Source: the human T2T-CHM13v2.0 reference genome, Homo sapiens. Taken from it: a stretch of 64,000 nucleotides of DNA. Position numbers and translations under genes: made by a program. The first letter of the stretch is position 1; each line of letters opens with the position of its first letter. The DNA is taken from assembly GCF_009914755.1 (NCBI RefSeq), contig NC_060947.1; one strand, 5' to 3'. Under the pieces are notes generated by a model. It was not told where the DNA came from. It did no database searches and was given only the letters and a program-made list of their open reading frames with translations. This document shows positions 35,431 to 49,165 of this stretch, piece by piece.

Positions 35431-37415
35431 AATTCTGATCTGTGGTTGCTTCTAATGTTTTTTCAAGCAATAATATGTAAACAATGTAACTTTTAATTCT
35501 AAGCTCCTTTTGGCCCTGTAAGGTAGCTCTAGGAATTTCCTGGAGGAAATGTGCATAGGCTCTACAGAAACCCTTGTTCTCATTTATTTATAGATTTTGG
35601 ATGATAAGACCTACTAATAGTATGGCTTCTAAAAACATGGAATTATGATTGATTATTTACAAAGTGATTCTGCCAAAATAGGCTAAGTGAAAACATCTGG
35701 TGTGCCCCAAACCTGTGAAATTATTCCATATGGCTGAATCCTAGCCTTTGCATGAAGAAAAATAGAGAGAGTTATCTCACTTACCAATATATTCAGTAAA
35801 ATACTGTGAGCTTTTGCTTGAAAGAAAAAGAAGAATAGCTATAGGTAATTTTATATCTAGATTTTTAAATTCAAGTAATATAGCTCTATTTGTTTAACTA
35901 CTTAAACACTGAAAGTAATCTCCTCCCTACTGCTTCTGCAGCTGTATTTGTTGACTGGGGAGAGACTAGGAGTCTATTATTATATTCATAATTAATTCAT
36001 CTACAGTTGAGTAGACAGAGGGAATATGAAATGGGCTTAACTCGAGAATGGAGAATCCCCTCTCCCTGCTGTTTCAACCAACATCAAGTGTAATTTTATC
36101 AACATTGAATTTGGGTCTCGTCTGTCCATAGGACCTAATCTTCAGTTACAATGAACATTTAATCTTGTTAGTCATTAAATTCTACCAAGATTTATTACTT
36201 GGCTAATATTCTTGATGAGTTTCAGTTGCTAATTGCATCCCTACAGTTCATAAAATTTGTAAATGCATTCCTCTACTTCTGCAAATCCTTCATATCTCTA
36301 CGTTAGCAAACAGTATAAATTGTTGAGGCTGTAGCAGTAGAAAAAGCATTTTCTCCTTCAAATATGACATGTGGTGTATTACCTGGATGTGCAGTATTGT
36401 CAGGGGTGTAGGTTTTGACCTGCAACGCATTACTTGCTTGACTGAGTTTGTGACTGTTTATCACTAATGACGTATTTCTCTCCAGGAATGTATCATTTAT
36501 CTTGTCACTGCTTTAACATAGTAAATACTGATATGAACCTGGCATTTTCCAGCAATTTGTGAAAGAAATGAAAGCAACTATTTGAAGTTTTATTCCATCC
36601 CAGCAAAGACAACCTTTATCATGGATTTCCAATGTATGTGAAGAAACACTAACCTAGAATACAAAAGGGTATGTCTAGAGCTTTGTGCATACAAAGTACC
36701 CATCTTACTAGTTATGCCTAGTGCTCATAAAATGCAATAATAATGAGCAGGTTGTTTTTCAAACCAACAAAAGGGCATTTTGCAGACAGGGAGTTTTTTT
36801 ATTATACATTTTTTAAAAAATTGTAGATCATATCCATCTAGGATTTCTTGTAAGAAATCAATATATTTCTATCTTAATAATTTTGTCAATAGTACGTTCA
36901 AATATAAATAAATGTTAGTGTGCTTTGTACATAGTATACTAGTCCTATTTCCCCTTTCTTTCTAGTAAGGAGAAATATTCACTTTTTAATGATTTGTCAA
37001 TTCAGATTCACAAAACTGAATTCAATTTTGAGAAAAAAAATTGCTTAATCTCTACAACCCTATCATCCCTTTCACTATTCTCAGTGGAACTCAGACTAAC
37101 AAATGAAGGCTATCTGATGGCTTACGATCATTTTTCTTGAGGCTGCAGTTTAAACCATTGATAATTTTCCAGGGCCATCACTCTTTTTTGGTGGGGGGAA
37201 AGGGTTGATTACAAATCAGGGATGACAAGAGCATTCCTTCCTGTTTCACAACAGCCAGTTCTGTTTTCCCCCCTGTGATAGAGTAAGGAGATTGAGTCTT
37301 TCATTGTTTATTTAAAGGATCATTAATAACTCACTGTGTTCCAATTATATCACAGATAACTAAAATCTTCAGTCAATTCAAAACCTTGATTTTAACCACC
37401 TCTCCTGATAAACCT

Positions 37416-38578
37416 TTTGTTTATTTTTATTTTTATTTTTTCATTTTTCCATAAGTTATTAGGGTACAGGTGGTATTTGGTTACATGAGTAAGTTATTTA
37501 GCGGTGATTTGTGAGATTTTAGTACACCTATCACTCAAGCAGTATACATTGCACCATATTTGTAGTCTTTTGTCCCTAGACCCCCTCCCACCCTTCCCTC
37601 AACTACTTGAAGTCCATCATATCATTCCTATGTCTTTGTGTCCTCATAGCTTAGCACCCACACATCAGTGATAACACATGATGTTTAGTTTTCCATTTCT
37701 GAATTACTTCACTTAGAATAATATTCTCCAGTCTCATCCAGGTTGCTTCAAATGCTGTTAATTCATTCCTTTTTATGGCTGAGTAGTATTCCATCATATA
37801 AATATACCACAGTTTCTTTATCTACTCATTGATTGACAGGCATTTGGGTTGGTTCCATGATTTTGCAATTGCGAATTGTGCTGCTATAAACATGCATGTG
37901 CAAGTATCTTTTTCGGATGACTTCTTTTCCTCTGGATAGATACCCAGTAGTGGGATTGATGGATCAAATGGTAGTTCTACTTTAGTTCTTTAAGGAATAT
38001 CCACACTGTTTTCCATAGCGGCTATATTAGTTTAATTCCCACCAGCAGTATAGAAGTGTTCCCTGATCACCACATCCATGCCGACATCTACTGTTTTTTG
38101 ATTTTTTGATTATAGCCATTCTTGCAGGAGTAAGGTGGTATCACATTGTGGATTTGATTTCCATTTTCTTGATCATTAATGATGTTGCGTATTTTTTCAT
38201 ATGTTTGTTGGCCATTTGTATATCTTCTTTTGAGAACTGTCTATTGATGTCCTCCACTTTTTGATGGGATTGTTTGTATTTTTTCCTACTGATTTGTTTG
38301 AGTTCATTGTAGATTCTGGATATTAGTCCTTTGTCAGTTACATAAATTGTTAAGATTTTCTTTCACTCTGTGGGTTGTCTGTGTACTCTGCTGACTGTTC
38401 CTTTTGCCATGCAAAAGCTCTTTTGTTTAATTAAGTCCTAGCTATTTATCTTCGTTTTTATTGCATTTGCTTTTGGGTTCTTGGTCATGAAATCCTTGCC
38501 TAAGCCAATGTTTAGAAGGACTACCAAGAGCAATCTACAAATTCAACACAATCCCCATCAAAACACCACCATCATTCT
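37416..38578 (-). mobile_element. L1PB1 3' end with an inverted 5' segment
   Basis: Minus-strand L1PB1 3'UTR (ttccataagttattagggtacaggtggtatttgg) runs to 38520. Positions 38521-38578 are plus-strand ORF2 (gcaatctacaaattcaacacaatccccatcaaa). Confidence 0.88.
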
Positions 38579-38599
38579 TTTTTTCTTTTTTTTTCCTTT

Positions 38600-39130
38600 T
38601 AGGCCTGCAAGTACCAATTAGTTGAAGTGCTTTATTTGTTATTTACAATTCATCTTTTTCTTTATTTACACATAGAACATATTTGGAATTATAAAATCTT
38701 ACAAAATACATGGTTTTATTTAAGTAATATCTCTATACTTATGGACATCAAGAAAATTCACAACTGCTTCTTCCTTTGGATAATACTGTCATGGAATTTG
38801 GTATCACATATTCTTGTTTTAGAAGCAGTTTAGTATTAAACAAAAGAATCTCTACAAAGTCTCTTCAGTTGGACCAAATTTGTAACCATAAGTTTGCAGC
38901 TGTCATAATTGCAGTCCAAACAGCATTTACAATCTACCACAGTAATTATATGTGTGAACATATAATCTTCTTCTTTCATTCTGTAACTTCACATGGGAGA
39001 CAAAAATCATTATTCTCTTACTCAACACTTGAAGTTAATTTGTTTTACCAATTAAATACCTTAAAACAGGAAACATTTTTCTCAATGCTACTGGAATCCA
39101 TGTTTTGCATCTCTTTCTTCTCCAGGTAGA
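38600..39130 (-). mobile_element. Probable ancient hAT transposon 3' end (dimerization-domain remnant)
   Basis: Minus strand reads TWIPVALRKMFPVLRYL...FVSHVKLQNERRRL, with TSSVE in an adjacent frame. Putative terminus TAGGCCTGCAAG at 38600. Confidence 0.4.
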
Positions 39131-39539
39131 TTAAATATCCAAGGATTGTTTAATAAAGAAGAGATTTATTTTAAACACATTATTCTATTTAAACTACTCT
39201 TTCAAATTCATTGGTAACAAAACTTGAAAATTCAGTGACCTTTCCTCATATTCTGTCTCTTTCAACTTTGATGATATTGATTTACTCAACAGATATTTAT
39301 TGAGAAATAACTATATGTCAATCCCACATCAGAGTTAAATCAAATAACAAAGCTAATAATAAATCCTTCCCTCATAGAGCTGTTATTCTTGTGTGTGCAT
39401 TTCATGATGGTAATGGTGAGGTATTTGATCCTGATGGATACCTCAACTTTGTTATACTGACTCTTGACTTTATTTCTGTGACTCATTGTCATATTTTCAA
39501 TTATCACATATCTAAAAGAGATTCTGTCAACTATTTTTA

Positions 39540-40194
39540 AAGTATTTTTAAAATTTAGCTATAATTTACATGTGTAAGAAAAGGAGTCATCTTACACATG
39601 TAGTTTGATGAGGTCTTACAACTGCATAATCATCCCAATTAAGTTATTAAACATTCCTATCACTTAAGAAAATTCCCTTCTGCCCCCTCTCATTTGATTC
39701 TACTCTCACTTCCAGGCAACCACTGTTTTTATTTTTATTTTTTTCATCAGAGATAAGTTTTGCCTGTTGTAAGAGTTTAGATAAATGGTATCACAAAGTC
39801 GGTACTTGTTTGGTTCAGACTTTTTCATTCAGCCCGATTGTTGCATGTAATAATACTTTGCTCCTTTTCATTACTTGGTAGCATTTCATTGTTTGAATAT
39901 TCCACAATTTTTTCATCTATTCCCCTGGTGATGAACATTTGAGTTGTTTCTTTAGGGCTACTATGAATAATAATGTCTGAGACTATTAAGAATAAAGCTT
40001 TTTAATAAATTCTTGTACAAATCTTTTTTTGCACATTATTTTACTTCTGTTAGGTAAATATCAAGAGAAATTGCTGAGTCATAAGGTGGGAATACGTTTA
40101 ATTTTAGGAGAAGTTGACAGCTGAGTTTCCAAAGTGATTAAACAATTTTAACTCCCAGGGTCAAAGTATGATAGTTCTAGTTGTTCCACAAACT
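39540..40194 (-). mobile_element. Old L1 (L1ME/MC) 3' fragment
   Basis: caggcaaccactg, ttttgcctgtt, gatgaacatttgagttgtttc. Confidence 0.65.
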
Positions 40195-40548
40195 TGTTAA
40201 TTTCATTAGGACTGCTATAACAAAATACCATAGACCTGATAGCACATATACCACTGATATGTGTTTCTCATATATCAGTGAGATACAGAGGCAAGGAAGT
40301 CAAAGATCAAGGAGCTAGCAGATTCACTGTCTGGTGAAGGCCCACTTCCTCATAGATAGCCTTCTTTTCACACTAACCTTACAGAGTAGAATGAGCAAGA
40401 GGTTTTTCTCAGGCCTCTTTTATAAGGTTACTAATCTTTATGAGGGCTCTGCCTCCATGACATAATCACCTCCCAATAGTCCCAACTTTTAATACCATCA
40501 CCTTGAGGGTGAGGATTTTGAGTAGACATAAATATCCAGACCATAACA
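40195..40548 (-). mobile_element. MLT1A-type LTR
   Basis: ctgctataacaaaatacc...ggcctctttttataagg...cagaccataaCA. Confidence 0.8.
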
Positions 40549-40913
40549 TTTATCAACATTTAGTGTTTTTATCATTTTTTAATTCTAAGCGTCATAAAAT
40601 CTCACCATGAGATTTTTTCCTATGCATATTTGCTATTAATATCCAGGTAGGCCTGACTAGAACAGTGTTCAGTGTTGGATGAGTTGTTTCCCAGTACTGA
40701 GGCAAGACACTACCGAATTACTTGTGAATTTGAAGGTTTTTCAATCTGGCATATGGGAAGCGGTACCATTCATATGTTTTTGGCTGTTTTTGTTTTTTTC
40801 TGTTCTTGTTCTTTCAGCTGTATTCAGAGGATAAATCTGGTACCTATTACTGTGTCTGGTTCATAAGCAGAAGTCTATTGATCATATAGTTTTAATATTT
40901 TTCTAATATAAGC

Positions 40914-43900
40914 TGAGAAATGATGGTGGATAGGAGGCAGTGTTGGTGTGTCTCTCCCACTTGGAAGGACAGAATACTGGGCAGAGATTCACACTGTGAA
41001 TGTGTTCTTGAAGAACCACCACAGAAACTTACCAGGAAAACCAAAATAATTCACTGATCCTGTGAAAGAAATGGCAGGCTGCAACTTACTCCATGAGACA
41101 AGCAAAAAACTATCAGTTTCCAGAATGTGAGAAGTAGACAACGTGCCTCCAAACACACATCCCCACTGAGGAACGTGAAAATTCAGATCACAGAAGAAGC
41201 CCTTTACCCTACTCAGAGCTGGAACAGATTTATGGAGTGGTGTGAAATATAAAAGTAGAAGCAGCAGTGGATAGTGCCTTGTAAGCATTCCCAGTCTCTA
41301 GCACAAGCCCAGGGAAGCTATTTGTGACTATATCTCACAGGAACCCTCAGGTAAGTCAGACAATGAATTCAGAGAGAGGTTGCAGGGTGAAAGAAGTTCC
41401 CAATTTAATTTTGTGATACAATTTTGACTGGGGAAAAGCTCTCCTGAACAGAATCTGGGGATGAGCAGGAAGTGTGCTGCAGATATGTGAGCAGAAGCTG
41501 GGCTTCCGGCCTTGCGGACAGACGGGGAGGGGCATGTCCTGAAAATCATGCTTGCTATCTCTGTAGGGAAGCTTATAGCCTGGGGCAGGTTCAGTTCTGT
41601 ACTCAGGCTACCTAGATCTAAACCCGGCGCTCTTAGCAGGGCACTGCAGGAGTGACACTCGCTTTGCCAACTGTGTGGGAGCTAGGTGAGGCCTACTATT
41701 GCTGGCTATTCCCCACTCCCCTTGAAAAGTCTTCTCCACAGCAGAGGCAGTTATTCTCCCCTCTGGAACACTACCCTAGTGGCCTGAGATTCATCCCTCG
41801 TCCCCCACAGTGACTGTGGCAGGCCCTGCCCAAAGAGAGTCTGAGTTCAGACCTGACCCTCCCCAAACCTGATGCTATATCTCTACCTGCCCTAATAGAT
41901 TAACAGAAAGGACATAAACTCTTGGGAGCTTTATGGCCTCGGCCATCAGCTGAGAAAACAGAATACTTCCCCTGAACAACTTAGAGCAAGCAAAAATTCT
42001 ACTGCTACTACTGCAGCTGGTGCTCTCTTGCAAGTGCCACCTCCCGGCTGGAGGCCAAGCAACTCAGGCCATTACAGCACCTCTTGGTAGAACAACACTG
42101 CACCCAAGAAAAAGAAAATGGCTGGTAACAGCACTGCCTGCAACACCCTGGCTAACCAGAGGTCCTGAGTCTGTCCACATGAGAACTTCACTGTTAGCAT
42201 AACTAGCATTCGAGAAAGCCAGCACACTAAGCTTATCTACAGCAAAGGAACCTAACATAGTCTACATTACTCCCCTGCCACCTCCATCAGAGCAGGTGGT
42301 TGCATCCACTGCTGGGAGACCTGAAGAGAGGTCACATCACTGGATCCTTTGCATACATTTCCCAACACCAGCTCAGAGTCTGGTACCCCACTGGGTGGCT
42401 ATACCCAGAAGAGCAATAACAATCACTGCAGTCTGGCTCTCAGGATGCCCCATTCCAGGGGAAGGGGGAGAGCACCACATCAAGGCATCACCCCATGGGA
42501 CATGATAATCTGAAGAGTAAGACGTGAGTCCCAGATCTTTCCACTTGTGGGTAGATTCTTATAGCACAGACACAACTACAGTGCTGGAAACAGTAGAGAA
42601 ACTTTGCACCTCTACTCCAACAGGCAGGCAGCCTCTGTGATTATGAAAGGCCTTCGAGAAGTGGTCCTTATTCCCCTTGGCACACCACTGCAGAGGCAGC
42701 TGGGGCTTCTCCTCTAGAAATGCAGCACTGTTGCACATATAGACAGCCCTCCTGGAACAATCCAGGGTGATTGCAGCCCCTCAAGAGGAGCATGCCACAG
42801 ATTCAGGCCTGCATAAAAGGCAGAGCCATATTTCCTCCCTTCTTAGAACATCAACATTTCTTACAGATGAAAAAAGTTGCCTGTCTCATCTGAATAGTCA
42901 GAACACCCGAACAAGAATGAGGCTGTGAGGTAGACAGCTTTTCTGCTGGCCTTGCAGGGGAGCTGCGGTAGCTCCCACTACTTACCCCAATAATTGGGGT
43001 AAGCTCAGCAATTCTAAGTGAGAGCTCCTCCAGGAACCTTTATCAAGCCTGGGACTTCTGCCCACCATTGGGTATTACATCTACCTACCTGCCTTAGCTA
43101 TAGCCAGTGCCTACTCAAGGATACCTCCCATATTGGCCTGAAGCTTAAATCATCAACCCAGTAAATAAAATACTGGGGAGGAAATAAATAAAGTATACAC
43201 CACGAGAGAATGAGATAAGCTTCAAGAGATCCCTGGCATTCCAGCCCCATAAGAGATAATGAACTTGCCCACACACCGAGTACATAAATACTACAACCAG
43301 CATCTGGGAAAGCTGGTGCACAAATATTTTGTATAACTGAGGAACTCATACAGAGTCTTCACTTTCACCACTAAAAGCACCAAAAATCAAATTAGGCTAA
43401 AATAAAATATGAACATTAAAGACTGGTTCTTAAGAGGAAAAAAAAAGAAATATAAAAGACACAGTTCAATAAAAAAATGAATTCAAGAACAATTTGAAGA
43501 AATGGTCCACCCAAATGAGAAGAAACCAGGAAAGTAATTCTGGTAATAAGACAAAATGGGGTTCTATAACACCCCAAAAAGTTCACACTAGCTCTCCAGA
43601 AATAAATCCGCACCAAGAATAAATCTCTGAATTGCCAGATGAAAAATTCAGAAGATTGATTTTTAAGCTACTCAAAGAGTTACCAGAGACAGGTGAGAAC
43701 TAACTTTAATTAAAAGAAAATTGAGGATGTGCATAAAATATTTTCCAGAGAAACAGACATTGTAAAGAAAAACAATCAGAACTTCTGAAAATGAAAGACA
43801 CACTTAGGGGAATACAAAATGCAGTGGAAAGTTTCACCAATAGACCAGAAGAAGTAGAAGAAAGAATTTCAGAGCTTGAAGACAAGGCTTTTGAATGAAC

Positions 43901-46900
43901 CCAATCAGACAAAAATTTTAAAAAAAGAATTCTAAAAAATGAACAGAGTCTCTAAGAAATGTGGGATTATGTAAAACAACCAACCCTAAGAATAATTGGT
44001 GTTCCTGAGGGAGAAGTCAAGTATAAATGTTGAGAAAACTTATTTGAGAGAATAATTAAGGAAAGCTTTCCTGGCCTTGCTAGACACCTAGACACCCAAA
44101 TACAAGAAGCTAAAAAAATTTCTGAGAAATTCCTCACAAAAAGATCATCACAAAGACACATAGTCATTAGACTATCTGAAGTCAAGGTGAAGGAAAGAAT
44201 CTTAACAGCTGTGAGACAAAAGCATCAGGTAAACTATAAAAGAAAACCAATCAGGTTAACATCAGATTTCTCAGCAGAAGCCTCACAAGCCAGAAGGGAT
44301 TGGGGTTCTATCTTTAGCCTCCATAAACAATAACTGTCACCAAATAATTTGGTATCCTGCAAAACCAAGCTTCATAAATGAAGCACAAACAAATGCTGAG
44401 GCAAGCAAATGCTGAGTGAACTAGCTACTACCAAACCAGCCCTACAAGAAATGCTGAAAGGAGTTCTAAATCTTGACACAAAAGCTCAATATTCACCGAA
44501 ATAGAACCTTCTTAAAGCATAAATCTCACAGGACCTATAAAACAATAACACAATGAAAAAATAAAGTATCTAGGCAACAACTAACATGATGAATAGAACA
44601 GTATCTTGAATCTCAATATTAATGTAGAATGTCAGTGGCCTAAATGCTTTACTTAAAAGATACACAATGGCAGAATGGATAAAGAACCACCAACAAAATA
44701 TCTGCTGTCTTCAAGAGACTCACTTAACACATAAGAGCTCACATGAACTTAAAGTAAAGGGGTGGAAAAACATATTTCATGCAAATGGAAACCAAAAGTG
44801 AGCAAGGGTAGCTATTTCTTATTTCAGACAAAAGAGACATTAAAGCAACAGCAGAAAAAAATGAAAACAAAAACAAAAACAAAGAAGGCCATTATATCAT
44901 GATAAAAGGATCAGTTCAAAAGAAAGATATTACAATCCTAAATTTATATGCATCTAACACTGGAGCTCCCAAATTTATAAAACAATTACTACTACACCTA
45001 AGAAATGAGACAGATGGCAACAGAGTAATTGTGGGGGACTTTAATACTCCATTGACAGTACTAGACAGATCATCAAGAAAGAAAGTCAACAAATAAACAA
45101 TGGACTTAAATTATACCCTAGAACAAATGGACTTAAGAGATATTTACAGAACATTCTTCCCAACAACCTCAGAATATACATTCTTCTCATCAGCACATGG
45201 TATAGTCTCCAAGGTAGACCATATGATAGGTCACAAAACACTTCTCAAGAAATTTAAAAAAAATCAAAATCATATCAAATATCTTCTCACACCACAGTGG
45301 AATAGAAATGGAAATCAATTACAAAAGAACTCTGAAAACTATACAAATACATGGAAATGAAATAATCTACTCTTGAATAATTTGGGGTTTAACAATGAAA
45401 TCAACATGGAAATTTGAAAATTCTTTGAAATGAATAATAATAGTGACATAAGTTATCAAAGGCTCTGGGATACAGCAAAAGCAATGCTAAGAGAAAAGTT
45501 CATAGCATTAAATGCCTTCATCAAAAAGTCTGAAAGAGCACAAATAGACAACCTAATGTCACACCTCAATGAACTAGAGAAACAAGAACAAATGAATCCC
45601 AAACCTATTAGAAAAAAAAATAAGAAAGATCTAAGCAGAACTAAATGAAATGGAAACGAAGACAGTATGAAAGATAAATGAAATCAAAAGGTAATTCTTT
45701 GAAAATATAAACAAAATTGATAGACCATTATTGAGATTAACCAAAAAAAGAAGATAGAAGATCCTAATAAGCTCACATAGAAATAAAACTGGAGATACCA
45801 CAGCCAATACCATATAAGTAAAAGATAATTTATGGCTACTTTGAATACTTGTATGCACACGATCTAGAAAATCTAGAAGAGATAGATAAATTCCTGGAAA
45901 TATACAACACTTTTAGGTTAAATCAGGAAGAAACAGAAACCCTGAAAAGACTAATAACAAGCAGCAAGATTGAATCAGTAATAATAACATTGCCTAAAAA
46001 AAATCTCAAGACCAGATGGAGTTACAGTGAATCCTATCAGATATTCAAAGAATTGGTGTCAATCCTACTGAAACTATTTCAAAAGATATAGAAAAAGGGA
46101 ATCCTCCCTAGATCATTCTATGAAGCCAGTATCACCTTAATACCAAAACCAGGAAAGGACTTAATAAAAAAGGGAAACTACAGACCAATATTGACCCAGC
46201 AATCCCATTACTGGATATATACCCAAAGGATTATACATCATTCTACTATAAAGACACATGCACACATATGTTCACTGTAGCACTATTCACAATAGCAAAG
46301 ACTTGGAACCAACCCAAATGCTCATCAACGATAGACTGGATAAAGAAAACCTTGCACATATGTGCCATGGAATACTATGCAGCCATAAAAAACGATGAGT
46401 TCATGTCCTATGAAGGACATGAATGAAGCTGGAAACCTTCATTCTCAGCCAACTAACGTAGGAACAGAAAATTAAACACTGTATGTTCTCACTCATAAGT
46501 GGGAGTTGAACAATGAGAACACATGGACACAGGGAGGGGAACATTACACACCAGGGCCTGTTGGTGGGTGGGGGGCTAGGGGAGGGATAGGATTAGGATA
46601 AATACCTAATGTAGATGATGGGTTGATATGTGCAGCAAATCACCATGATACGTGTATACTTATGTAACAAACCTGCACGTTGTGCACATGTATCCCAGAA
46701 CTTAAAGTATAATAATAAAAAAACCCTCAAAAATATTCTAGCCAACAGAATATAAAAGCGTATCAAAAAGATAATAGAGCATGATTAAGTGGGTTTCATC
46801 CCTGGGATACGGTGATGATTTAACATACACAAGTCAATAAATGTGATACATCACATAAATAGAATTAAAAACAAAAACCATATCATCATCTTAATAGATG

Positions 46901-49141
46901 CAGAAAAAACATTTGATAAAATCCATCATCCCTTTATTATAAAAACCCTCAAAAAATAGGTATAGAAGAGATTTACCTCAAAGTAATAAGAGCCATACAT
47001 GACAAACTCATAGCCAACATCATATTGAAGGGGGAAAACTTGAATGCATCCTCCCCTGAGAACTGGAATAAGACAAGATGCCCATTTTCACCACTTCTAT
47101 TCAATATAGTACTGGAAGTCCTAGCCAGAGCTATCAGAGAAGAGAAAGAAATAAAGGGCATCCAAAGTGCAAAAGAAAAAGTTGAACTGTCACTGTTCAC
47201 CAATAATATGATTGTATACTTAGAAAACCCTAACGACTTATTCAAAAAGTTCCTAGATCTGAAAAATGAATTCAGTAAAGTCTCAGGTTACAAAATCAAT
47301 CTACACAAATCAGTAGCACTGCTATACACCAACAACAACTAAGCTGAAAATCAAATCAAGAACTCAATTCTTTTTGCAACAGCTGAAAAAAAAAAACAAA
47401 ACAAACAAACAAAAAAGCTAGGAATGTATTTAACCAAGGAGGTGAAAGATCTCTACAAGAAAAACAACAAAACACTGCTGAAAGAAATCATAGATGACAC
47501 AAACAAATGGAAACACATCCCATGCTCATGAATCGATAGAATCAGTATTGTAAAAATGACTACATTGCCCAAAGCAATGTACAGATTGAAGGTAATTATT
47601 ATCAAAATACCATCATCATTCTTCACAGAACTAGAAAAAACAATCCTAAAATTCATATGGTACAAAAAAAGAGCCCACATAGGCAAAGCAACTAAGCAAA
47701 AAGAACCAGACTGGAGACAACACCTTACCTAACTTCAAATTATACTACAAGACTATAGTTACCAAAACAACATGGTGCTGGTATAAAAAATAGGCACATA
47801 GACCAATGGAACTGAATAGATAACCCAGAAAACAAGCCAAATACTTACGGCCAATTGATCTTTGACAAAACAAATGAAAACCTAAAGTGAGGAAAGAACA
47901 CCCTATTCAATGAATGGTGATGGGAAAATTTGCAAACCAAATGTAGAAGAATGAAAATGGATCTTCATCTCCCACCTTATACAAAAATCCACTAAAGATG
48001 AATCAAAGGCTTAAATCTAAGACCTGAAACCAAAAAAATTCTAGAAGATAACATCAGAAAAACTCTTCTAGACATTGGCTTAGGCAAAGACTTCATGTCC
48101 TAGAACAAAAAGCAAATGCAACAAAAACAAAAATAAATTGTTAGGACTTAATTAAACTAAAAAGCTTATACATAACAAAAGAAATAATCAGCAGAGGAAA
48201 CAGACAACCAACAAAGTGGGAGAAAATATTCACAAACTATGCATCTGACAAAGGACTAATATCCAGAGGCACTCAAACAAATCAGCAAGAAAAAAACAAA
48301 TAATCTCATCAAAAAGTGGGCAATCACATGACCAGACAATTCTCAAAAGATAATATACAAATGGCCAATAAACTTATGAAAAAATGCTCAATATCACTAA
48401 TTATCAGGGAAATGCAAATTAAAACCACAATGAGATACCACCTTACTCCTGCAAGAATGGCTATACTTTAAAACTCAAAAAATAGTAGACATTGGCATGG
48501 CTGTGGTGAAAAGGGAACACTTTTGCACTGCTGATGGGAAGATAAACTTTTAGGGGAACCATTAGGGGAAACTAGTATCAATATTTCTTAAAGTACTAAA
48601 AGTAGAACTAGTATTTGATTAAGAAATCCCACTACTGGATATCTACACAAATAAAAATAAGTAATTATATGAAAAAGATACATGCACAAGCATGTTTATA
48701 GCAGCACAATTTTCAATTGAAAAAATATAGAACCAAGCTAAGTGCCCAGCAACCAATGAGTGGATAAAGAAAATGTGGTATATGTACACTATGGAATACT
48801 ATACAGCCATAAAAATGAATAAAATAATGTATTTTGCACCAAGTTGGATGGAGCTGGATGTCATTACTCTAAGTGAAGTCAGGAATGGAAAAACAAATAT
48901 TGTATGTTCTCACTTATAAGTGAGAACTAAGCTATGGGGATGAAAAAGCCTAAGAATGATATAATAAACTTTGGGGACTCAGGGAGGTAAGGATGGGAGG
49001 GAATGAGTTGCAAAATTCTAGATATTCAGTGTGGTGTAGACTGCTCTGGTGATGGGTGCACCAAAATCTCAGAAGTAACCACTGAAGAACTTATCCATAT
49101 AATCAAAAATCATTTGTACCCCAAAAACAATTGAAATAAAA
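40914..49141 (+). mobile_element. Full-length L1PB (L1PB2-like), inactivated
   Basis: 5'UTR, ORF1 remnant (about 43510-44500), ORF2 endonuclease remnants (IVGDFNTPL) and RT remnants, and a 3'UTR ending ccccaaaaacaattgaaataaa. TSD ttttctaatataagc / ttttctaatgtaagc (about 40899-40913 / 49151-49165). Confidence 0.9.
46191..46723 (+). mobile_element. 5'-truncated L1PA (PA6-like) nested in the L1PB ORF2
   Basis: ttgacccagcaatcccattactgg...tatcccagaacttaaagtataataataaaaaaa. Confidence 0.88.
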
Positions 49142-49165
49142 AACATTTTTTTTTCTAATGTAAGC

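Noticed and set aside
38776-39129. 117-aa plus-strand ORF as a gene
   Set aside because: It has no recognisable motif, and the coding-like signal is on the opposite strand.
40914-49141. Active L1
   Set aside because: ORF1 and ORF2 are broken into short pieces and interrupted by a nested L1PA.
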